The position numbers were made by a program, and so were the translations under genes. The notes beneath the pieces are model-generated. The model did no database searches and had not been told where the DNA came from. It worked only from the letters and a program-made list of their open reading frames with translations. A stretch of DNA of 32,000 nucleotides from Acidobacteriota bacterium (lineage in GTDB: Bacteria; Pseudomonadota; Alphaproteobacteria; Caulobacterales; Hyphomonadaceae). The stretch lies in NCBI GenBank assembly GCA_016712445.1, contig JADJRB010000010.1, positions 85,778 to 117,777 on the forward strand. Direction: 5' to 3'. This document shows, in pieces, positions 16,734 through 23,105 of this stretch; the first letter of the stretch is position 1, and each line of letters starts with the position of its first letter.

Positions 16734-17644
16734 TCGATCAGGTCGTCTTCCTTGCCGGCCTTGCCGGCGCGGATCTCGCCGCGCTCGATCAGCTGGCGGG
16801 CGAGCGCCACGAGTTCGCCGCGCGCGGCTTCGACATCGGCGCGCCGCACGCTGCCGAGCGCCGCGATTTCCTCGCGCAGCAGTTCGCCTGCGCGCTGGGT
16901 GACGTTGGCGAAGAAGGCCGCCGCCGTCGCCGGTTTCGCGGCCTTCAGGGCGAGCACCAGCACCGCGCGGTTGGCTCCGGCCAACAGCGTCTGCATGCCG
17001 GCCGCGTCGAGCGACGCAAGGTCGTCGAAGGTGAACATCAGGGAACGGACTTTCTCGCCCGCGCCCGGTTCGGATTTTTCCAGCGCCGCAAGGAAGAGAT
17101 TGCCCGCGCGCGGATCAAGACGATCAAAGATGCGCGCGATCCGCTCGACGCCCGGCTGCCCGCCATCACGCGACAGTGCGGCGACGCGGCCCTTGAGATG
17201 CTGTTCCAGCCCGGCCATCGCGGCGGGGTGCACTTCGCCGAGATGCAGCAGGCGCTGCATCGCCTCGATCGCCAGCGAAGGCGGCAAGGCGCGCAGCAGC
17301 CGCGCGGCCGCCTCACCTGAAAGCCGCGACAGGATGAGCGCGACGACCTGCGCCCGCTCGTGACGCGTCAGGACAGCAAGCAGGTTGGTATCAAGCGCCG
17401 ACAGTTCGGCCCACACACCTGCACCGCTCGTGGCGCGCTGGGTTTCGGTGAAGCGGCGCAGCGCATCGGCTTCGCCGTCGGCATCGTCGCCGACCTGATC
17501 CATCGCAGCGCTGAGCTGCGCGGCCTCCTGCGGATCAAGTTGCGCCCAGACCGCCGCAGCTTCGGCGCCAAGCGCCCGCATCAGGCGGGCCGACCGGGCA
17601 AGGCCGGGCGCGAGGATGGAAGCCGGTTTGGCCAGCGCGCTCAC
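16730..17644 (-). CDS. fliG: Flagellar motor switch protein FliG
   Basis: 304 aa. It aligns by eye along the whole of E. coli FliG: ...ERAQVVALILSRL..., ...MQRLLHLGEVHPAAMAGLEQHL..., MFTFDDLASLD..., LVLALKAA..., and torque helix VTQRAGELLREEI. The GTG start overlaps the upstream stop (GTGA). Confidence 0.86.
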   Translation of the reverse strand: MSALAKPASILAPGLARSARLMRALGAEAAAVWAQLDPQEAAQLSAAMDQVGDDADGEADALRRFTETQRATSGAGVWAELSALDTNLLAVLTRHERAQVVALILSRLSGEAAARLLRALPPSLAIEAMQRLLHLGEVHPAAMAGLEQHLKGRVAALSRDGGQPGVERIARIFDRLDPRAGNLFLAALEKSEPGAGEKVRSLMFTFDDLASLDAAGMQTLLAGANRAVLVLALKAAKPATAAAFFANVTQRAGELLREEIAALGSVRRADVEAARGELVALARQLIERGEIRAGKAGKEDDLIE

Positions 17645-18288
17645 GAGGCATCCCCCTTGATCCAGCCGCGCACGATCGCAGCCGCTTGCGCGGGATCGCG
17701 CCGGGCAAGGTCGACGGCGGCGTCCGGAACGGCCACCGGCCGCAGCGGTCGCACGCGCTCCGGCGCGCTTGAAACAATAGGTGGATCGATAACCTGCGAG
17801 ACCGGCCCGGCGACGGGCGCCGACTTGCCTGACAGGACCGCGAGGGCGCCGCTGACGAGAACGAGCAAGGCAAGCCCTGCCAGTTCGGTCCAGGCCGCAG
17901 CGTCGGGCCGGCCCGGAAGGCCGCCCGCGAAAGCGATGGTTTCAATCACGAGACGGTCGCCCTGCGCCGGGTTGATGCCGGCCGCGAGGGCGGCAATGCG
18001 CTGCAGGTCCGGAATGCGGTCCGAGGCGGTTTCATCGAGGAGGAGGAGGACCGTGCGGCCGCCCTCGGCATTGTAGGTAACGCTGAGGCGCGACAGGCCG
18101 GGACCGGCGACCGGCGCCAGGACATCCGCCAAAGCCGCTTCGACCGGGCTCGCTGATACCGGCTTGCCCGGCCCGGTCAGCAGGACAGCGCCGCGCCAGA
18201 CGAGCAGGCCAAGCGCCACGGCGCAGGCCAGCATCGCCAGCGGGCGCGCCAGTCCGGCCGTTCCTGCAGGTTTGCCAAGCGCCATCAT
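17641..18288 (-). CDS. Truncated FliF-like M-ring protein (mini-FliF: TM1, single RBM, TM2, FliG-binding C-terminal tail)
   Basis: ORF 17641..18309 (TTG), with probable ATG starts at 18288/18285 after GGAGAG. Two hydrophobic helices are present (LAMLACAVALGLLVW and WTELAGLALLVLVSGALAVL). The intervening ~75 aa have an alpha-beta-beta-alpha-beta pattern. The C-terminus RRDPAQAAAIVRGWIKGDAS resembles the enterobacterial FliF C-terminus DNDPRVVALVIRQWMSNDHE. Confidence 0.65.
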   Translation of the reverse strand: MMALGKPAGTAGLARPLAMLACAVALGLLVWRGAVLLTGPGKPVSASPVEAALADVLAPVAGPGLSRLSVTYNAEGGRTVLLLLDETASDRIPDLQRIAALAAGINPAQGDRLVIETIAFAGGLPGRPDAAAWTELAGLALLVLVSGALAVLSGKSAPVAGPVSQVIDPPIVSSAPERVRPLRPVAVPDAAVDLARRDPAQAAAIVRGWIKGDAS

Positions 18289-18344
18289 GCTCTCCGGGGC
18301 CAGCCGCAAGGCTGGCAGATTCCCGGAAAGCTAGAAGGCCAGCC

Positions 18345-18359
18345 TTAAGGCAGGTTTAA
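18345..18359. promoter_or_regulatory. CtrA-box consensus (TTAA-N7-TTAA[C]) upstream of the mini-fliF operon
   Basis: TTAAGGCAGGTTTAA at 18345-18359, followed by C at 18360. It lies between the sciP-like stop (18376) and the mini-fliF start, about 57-71 bp upstream of the ATG at 18288. A GANTC site (GATTC, 18318-18322) lies between the box and the start. Confidence 0.55.
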
Positions 18360-18375
18360 CAAGGCAAACAACGCC

Positions 18376-18648
18376 TTAACGGCGGTATTGCTGGAGGCGC
18401 GTGGTGCGAAGGCCTTTGGCGCCGTGACGGGCGTAGAGGCGTTCCCAGCCTTCGAACTCTTCGTCCGTAAGGTTGTAGCGTTCGCAGGCGTTTTCGCGGG
18501 TCAGGAGGCCGCCCTGCACGGCGGCGACGACTTCCGCCTTGCGGCGGGTGACCCATCGGGAAATGCCGGGCGACGGCAAATCGGCGAGCGTGAGGGTCTG
18601 GCCATCCGGGCCTTTGACACTCATCGGGCGTGCATTCTGCATGTTCAT
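18376..18648 (-). CDS. sciP: DUF1153 / SciP-family small helix-turn-helix regulator
   Basis: ORF 18376..18699 trimmed to the ATG at 18648 (MNMQNARPMSVKGPDGQTLTLADLPSPGISRWVTRRKAEVVAAVQGGLLTRENACERYNLTDEEFEGWERLYARHGAKGLRTTRLQQYRR), with GGAAGGG 7 nt upstream. The ~90-aa size and the sequence pattern fit DUF1153. Confidence 0.72.
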   Translation of the reverse strand: MNMQNARPMSVKGPDGQTLTLADLPSPGISRWVTRRKAEVVAAVQGGLLTRENACERYNLTDEEFEGWERLYARHGAKGLRTTRLQQYRR

Positions 18649-18870
18649 GTTCAAACCCTTCCAGGTCCAGTGGTGATCTCCCCGCTTCTGCGAGGCCATG
18701 AGATCACCCTACACGCACCGGTTTAAGCCCGGCCTTGACTTGGAAGTTGAGTTTGGCCGCCCCTGTTAGGAGGCTGTTCGGAAAACTGTTCCGCGCCGGG
18801 ACAATCGCGCCAAATGGGGCAAAACATCGACTGGCAGCAGGAAGTTTCGCGGTTTGCGTGCCAGTCCGTC

Positions 18871-18906
18871 AATAAAACGCCCGGCTGCGGGTTTCGCAGC
18901 CGGGCG
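18871..18906 (-). terminator. Rho-independent terminator downstream of the HU gene
   Basis: Perfect 12-bp stem CGCCCGGCTGCG (18878-18889) / CGCAGCCGGGCG (18895-18906) with loop GGTTT. On the minus strand it is followed by TTTTATT (rc of 18871-18877). Confidence 0.8.
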
Positions 18907-18931
18907 CAAATTCCTGGCGTTCTGGCTAAGC

Positions 18932-19330
18932 CTAGAGGACGCGGTCTTTCAGGTCCTTCGAAGGACGGAAGGCAACTTTCTTCGAAGCCTTGATCTTGAT
19001 CGACTCGCCGGTGGCCGGGTTGCGGCCGTTGCGGGCCGGGCGCTTGCGGACCTGCAGGATGCCGAGGCCGGAGATGCGCAGCTTCTTGCCCTTCTTGAGG
19101 TAGCCGCCCATGCGGTCGATGAAATCGGTGACGACGGCTTCAGCCTGTTTCTTCGGCATCGCGTGAGCTTCCGACAGCTCGGCGGCGAGATGCTTGACGG
19201 TCATCACGTCAGACGCAGTGGCTTTCTTGGCCGCAGCTGCTTTTGCCGGCGCTTTCTTTGCCGGGGCTTTCTTTGCAGGCGCTTTTGCGGCCGGCGATTT
19301 CTTTGCCGGGGCTTTCGGTTTAACGGCCAT
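18932..19330 (-). CDS. HU/IHF-family DNA-binding protein with an N-terminal Ala/Lys/Pro-rich (histone-H1-like) extension
   Basis: ORF 18932..19489 trimmed to the ATG at 19330 (AAAGGAAACAGAC upstream). The N-terminus is MAVKPKAPAKKSPAAKAPAKKAPAKKAPAKAAAAKKA. The HU fold follows: ...RISGLGILQVRKRPARNGRNPATGESIKIKASKKVAFRPSKDLKDRV. Confidence 0.85.
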   Translation of the reverse strand: MAVKPKAPAKKSPAAKAPAKKAPAKKAPAKAAAAKKATASDVMTVKHLAAELSEAHAMPKKQAEAVVTDFIDRMGGYLKKGKKLRISGLGILQVRKRPARNGRNPATGESIKIKASKKVAFRPSKDLKDRVL

Positions 19331-19610
19331 GTCTGTTTCCTTTGTTGGACAGTGGAACTGAAACGCAACCTCGAAACGGGATTTCTTCGGCTGCAAACGG
19401 AACGGTAGAGATAATCGACTGAGAGCGGCAGGGCATAACTTCGCTTGCAGGCGGGCGCAAGAGGCCCAATTCGGTTGATGAAAACCCAATTTATCGCCGG
19501 AAAACCCAGCAAAACATGCTTTGCCGCCTGCGCGGAAGGCGCCGCCCCGAATCAGGGAGCATCCGGCAAAGGCCAGATTCCATCCGTGAGCGGATTTTCT
19601 GGCAGCGCGC

Positions 19611-20702
19611 CTAGGCGAGCGACTTCAACAGCTCGAGACCATTGTTCTCGCGCACCTGCGCGGCGTGGCGGCGCAGCATGGTGAGGAACATCTCGTCGCC
19701 GCGCTCTGTCTGCTTCACGATCATCGCGGCCGCGAAGGCCACAGAGATGCCGTAGAAGGTGAACCAGCGATAATGCGTATAGAGATCATCAAAGCTGTAG
19801 CTGGTGATGCCTTCGGCCCGCAGCGCATTGTGGTAATGGCGCAGCAGCATCTGCTCATGCTTGGGGCGTTCCTCGCGCGTCAGGCCTGCACCGATGAAAT
19901 AGGCAACGTCATTGGCCGGCGCGCCCTTGCCGGCGGTCTGCCAGTCGACCACCGCCAGCGGCTTCTTCGCGCCGGGCTTGCCGAACAGCATGTTGTCGAG
20001 CCGGTAGTCCGAATGCGTCAGCGCATGCGGGCCCTGATAGGCATCACCCCATTTCGGCAGGCTGGCCGCATACGCATCGCCGACCTCGATCTGCTCGGCA
20101 TTGATCTGCGCCGCATACCGGTCCTTGAAGCCGAGCCACAGGCCGGCGATCTGTTCCGGACCGAGCCCCGGCGGGGGCGCCTTCGCGGACCCCTGCAGCC
20201 AGTCGTGTTCGTCGAGCACGGGATCTTCCCAATGCGCGGCATGCAGGACTGCGGCCGCTTCCATGGCGAGCTTTGCCTCGTCGACGCCGCAACCTTTCAG
20301 CTGGTCGCCCTGCTCCGACGGCGCCATGTCTTCCATGATCAGCGCGAACCGGTTGGTTTCCGGGTCATAGTCCGTGTACAGTGCATCCGGCGTGATGCGG
20401 CCGGCGACTTTCGGAAACGTGCGGTAAAACATCACTTCGCGCTTGTAATGGTTGAGCATTTTGGCGGTCATGATGCTGAGCTCGTTGGCCGACGGGAATT
20501 TGCCCACCAGCGTTTTCGGCGCGTTCGCCCCGGCGCGCGCATAGTCGAACACGAAGCGCACGTTCTCGCCGATCTGCCCGGTGCCGATCGACTTCGAGGT
20601 CAGGGAGCGCACCTCGCCGTCAATCCCGATCTCGCCAAACAGCGTGTTGAACCAGTCCGGGCCAAGCTCAAGCGGGTTCGTGTCGAGGCCGGGTCGGCTC
20701 AT
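19611..20702 (-). CDS. Phosphotransferase family protein (APH/choline-kinase-like fold)
   Basis: 363 aa. It has the catalytic-loop motif HSDYRLDNMLF (HxDxxxxN) and the downstream VVDWQ. The ATG overlaps the stop of the upstream gene (ATGA at 20699-20702). Confidence 0.8.
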   Translation of the reverse strand: MSRPGLDTNPLELGPDWFNTLFGEIGIDGEVRSLTSKSIGTGQIGENVRFVFDYARAGANAPKTLVGKFPSANELSIMTAKMLNHYKREVMFYRTFPKVAGRITPDALYTDYDPETNRFALIMEDMAPSEQGDQLKGCGVDEAKLAMEAAAVLHAAHWEDPVLDEHDWLQGSAKAPPPGLGPEQIAGLWLGFKDRYAAQINAEQIEVGDAYAASLPKWGDAYQGPHALTHSDYRLDNMLFGKPGAKKPLAVVDWQTAGKGAPANDVAYFIGAGLTREERPKHEQMLLRHYHNALRAEGITSYSFDDLYTHYRWFTFYGISVAFAAAMIVKQTERGDEMFLTMLRRHAAQVRENNGLELLKSLA

Positions 20703-21316
20703 GGGGCGGTTTCCTCTGTTGTCGGAGCATCCGGGCGGGCGCGCCCGGTGAATTTTCGGAACTGGCCGAGGCGTTCCTCGGCGCGGCGCAGGCCCTTGTC
20801 GAGCGCGGCCATGGTCAGCGCGAAATCGCCGTTCGTCTCACGCCGCCAGGCACGCTCGGCCTGCGCGATCACGAAAGCGATGGCGATGCGCTTCAAGCTG
20901 GCTGGCGCGCCGCTGTCATTGTCGAGCCCGGCCGAGGCGAGCGCCCAGGCGGCGGTCGCGTGGCGATGGACCGGCAGGTTCACGAGATGGGTCAGCGAGG
21001 TTTCGCGGAACTTCATCAGCGCGGTCAGGCCGGCGCGGTATTTCTCCATCGCCTCGAAGCGCAGCATGATGACATCGAACAGACGCTCGCGCGCGGATGT
21101 CTCCTCCGGCACGCCCTCCGCCGACATCGCCTTGTCGAACCAGCCGTCGAGCGCCTCGACGAGGTCTTCGCGCGCGGCGACGCCGTGAAAGTCCGAAAGC
21201 TGCAGCTTCGCCTTCGCCGCAATGTCCGCCAGCGGAATATCCGACCAGGCGCGCGACGCGGCGAGCTCAAGGGCTGCCTTCAGCCCCTTCTCGATGATCT
21301 TCTCAGACGTGGCCAA
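20699..21316 (-). CDS. Helical protein with a weak TetR-like N-terminus (putative regulator; function uncertain)
   Basis: 205 aa. The N-terminal IIEKGLKAALELAASRAWSDIPLADIAAKAKLQLSDFHG resembles a TetR-type HTH, and the rest is all-helical. It has good codon bias and is translationally coupled to the kinase-like gene. Confidence 0.45.
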   Translation of the reverse strand: MATSEKIIEKGLKAALELAASRAWSDIPLADIAAKAKLQLSDFHGVAAREDLVEALDGWFDKAMSAEGVPEETSARERLFDVIMLRFEAMEKYRAGLTALMKFRETSLTHLVNLPVHRHATAAWALASAGLDNDSGAPASLKRIAIAFVIAQAERAWRRETNGDFALTMAALDKGLRRAEERLGQFRKFTGRARPDAPTTEETAP

Positions 21317-21335
21317 GGGCCAGGCCTCCCGGGGT

Positions 21336-22145
21336 TCAGTCCGCCTCTTTCGACAGCTGCCGGTCGCGGTTCGCGGCGGCGCGCAGGGCGTCTCTCATCA
21401 ACCGGGGCATCCCACCCGTGTCCATGAGGATGTCAAGGGCCGCCTGGGTGGTGCCGCCGGGGGAAGTGACTGCACGGCGAAGTGATTCGGGATCGGCGGT
21501 GCCGGAGGCCATCAGCGCCGCTGCGCCTTCGACCGTGCGGCGCGCGAGGCGCTGGGCAAGCGCGCGCGGCAGGCCTTCGGCCTCGCCCGCCTCGGCCATC
21601 ACTTCGGCGAGCAGGAAGAGGTAAGCCGGGCCCGACCCCGACAGGGCGGTGACGGCCGACATCAGCCCTTCATCGACCGGGCCTTCGACCTCGCCGAGCG
21701 GGGCGAGCAGGTCGCGGGCGGCGTCGGCATCGGCCGCAGCAAGTCCCGGCGCAGCAGAATAGACGGTGATGCCCTGCCCGATGGAGCCGGGCGTATTGGA
21801 CATCGCGCGGACCACGCGGGCCGTGCCGAGGCGGCGCGAAATCTGCGCGATGCGCACGCCCGCCATGATCGAGACGACAAGCGTGGCCGGGCCGACGAAG
21901 CCGGCGACCTGCGCAGCGACGGCAGCGAAGGCCTGCGGCTTGACCGCGAGCACCAGCACGCCAGCGGGCTTCACAGGCGGATTGAGCACGACCTTGCCGT
22001 CAGCGGCCCAGGCGGTGAAGTCTTCGGACGGGGTGGGCTCGATGACCGCGATGCGGCGCTTCGGCTTGGCCTTCAGCCAGCCGCGGGCCAGCGCCGATCC
22101 CATCCGGCCGGCCCCGACGAGGACAAGGGACGGCGCGGCAGCCAT
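21336..22145 (-). CDS. proC: Pyrroline-5-carboxylate reductase
   Basis: 269 aa. N-terminal Rossmann motif LVLVGAGRMGSALARGW, with a C-terminal ...VTSPGGTTQAALDIL... signature. Confidence 0.9.
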   Translation of the reverse strand: MAAAPSLVLVGAGRMGSALARGWLKAKPKRRIAVIEPTPSEDFTAWAADGKVVLNPPVKPAGVLVLAVKPQAFAAVAAQVAGFVGPATLVVSIMAGVRIAQISRRLGTARVVRAMSNTPGSIGQGITVYSAAPGLAAADADAARDLLAPLGEVEGPVDEGLMSAVTALSGSGPAYLFLLAEVMAEAGEAEGLPRALAQRLARRTVEGAAALMASGTADPESLRRAVTSPGGTTQAALDILMDTGGMPRLMRDALRAAANRDRQLSKEAD

Positions 22146-22152
22146 TTGGGGC

Positions 22153-22656
22153 TCAGGCTTCGCCGTGGGTTTCGAACATCACCGCGTCGATGGCTTCGCG
22201 AGGCGACTTGCCGGCCCAGACGAGGAAGTTGAAAGCCGGCATGAAACGGTCAGCGGCGGCAACGGCGGCCGCGATGACGGCGCGCACTTCGCCCTGGCTG
22301 ACCTCGTCGCGGCCTTCCATCGGGAAAGTGTAGCGGAAGATGATGACGCCGTCGTCCGACCAGAAATCGAAATGGCCGACCCAGAGGCGCTCGTTGGCGA
22401 GCATCACGAGCTCGGCAATCGCGCTGCGCTTGGCGGCCATCGCCTTCACGTCGAGGGTCAGCGAGAAGTGGATGGCGGAGGGTTCAGGCCGGTAGGCGAA
22501 CAGTGCGCCCATGTCACCCCAGCGGGTTTCCGCGACTACCTGGAGGGTGCCTTCTTCGTCCCGCTCGCAGGGCCAGTTGGCCGCCTCAAGCACGACCTCG
22601 ACGATGTCGAGGGGGTCGATGTCGAAGTCCGGGGTGTGTTCGAGTTCAAGGCTCAT
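22153..22656 (-). CDS. YbjN domain-containing protein
   Basis: ORF 22153..22725 trimmed to the ATG at 22656 (MSLELEHTPDFDIDPLDIVEVVLEAANWPCER...). It lies 7 nt upstream of proC, a common alphaproteobacterial pairing. Confidence 0.8.
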   Translation of the reverse strand: MSLELEHTPDFDIDPLDIVEVVLEAANWPCERDEEGTLQVVAETRWGDMGALFAYRPEPSAIHFSLTLDVKAMAAKRSAIAELVMLANERLWVGHFDFWSDDGVIIFRYTFPMEGRDEVSQGEVRAVIAAAVAAADRFMPAFNFLVWAGKSPREAIDAVMFETHGEA

Positions 22657-22769
22657 GCAGGCGCCTCCGCTTCGCAGTCTCAGGATTGGGGCCGGATTCG
22701 GAAGACAAATCCACTCCCCGAACAAACCGGCCGGACGGGCGCTTGTCCACCCGGTTCAACAGTCAGGCA

Positions 22770-23030
22770 TCAGGAAGCCGTGGATTTCCCTTGGCCCGCC
22801 TCGAGCGCGGCGATGCGGGCTTCCAGCGTCTCGACCCGGTCAAGGGCAGCGGTGGCGATGGCCTTCAGGGCTTCCACTTCATCGCGGCCGGCAAGGTCCA
22901 TGTCGGCGATCAGCGCGCGCACGCGGGCCTGGGCGGCGGTCTTGGCTTCCTCGCCGGCGGCGCGGGCGGCGCCGAGCGCGCCGGTCATCAGGCTGGCGAT
23001 GTCATCGAGCAGTGGATTTGTGCCAGCCAT
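22770..23030 (-). CDS. ubiK: Accessory factor UbiK (YqiC/BMFP) family protein
   Basis: This is the last 86 codons of ORF 22770..23771, from the ATG at 23030 (MAGTNPLLDDIASLMTGALGAA...LDRVETLEARIAALEA), a coiled-coil protein. The remainder of the track ORF is antisense to lgt. Confidence 0.75.
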   Translation of the reverse strand: MAGTNPLLDDIASLMTGALGAARAAGEEAKTAAQARVRALIADMDLAGRDEVEALKAIATAALDRVETLEARIAALEAGQGKSTAS

Positions 23031-23105
23031 GCAGCTACTCCTTCGCGCCGGGAATGCCCGTGCCCTAGCAGATAGGGTGCCGGACAGACAGGGAAAAGAC
23101 GCCGC

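Noticed and set aside
15119-17363. 305-aa (15119..16036) and 307-aa (16440..17363) plus-strand ORFs
   Set aside because: They are antisense to phhA and to fliG/flbE-position genes respectively. The minus-strand genes carry unambiguous family motifs.
18210-18250. Lipobox-like sequence (A-M-L-A-C) near the N-terminus of the mini-FliF, which would suggest a YscJ/EscJ-type lipoprotein instead of a FliF
   Set aside because: The Cys is embedded in a continuous hydrophobic helix (LAMLACAVALGLLVW) and the -3/-2 positions fit the lipobox poorly. The FliF-type C-terminal tail and the fliG coupling favour FliF ancestry.
18724-18739. Second CtrA box upstream of the sciP-like gene (TTAAGCCCGGCCTTGA)
   Set aside because: The spacing is N8, not N7, and the second half-site is TTGA. 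This is too degenerate to call without binding data.
19665-21188. 507-aa plus-strand ORF, the longest unexplained ORF in the track
   Set aside because: It spans the antisense strand of both the kinase-like and TetR-like genes, which have clear motifs and an ATGA coupling. Its composition (RRR, HRH, LRG runs) is non-protein-like.
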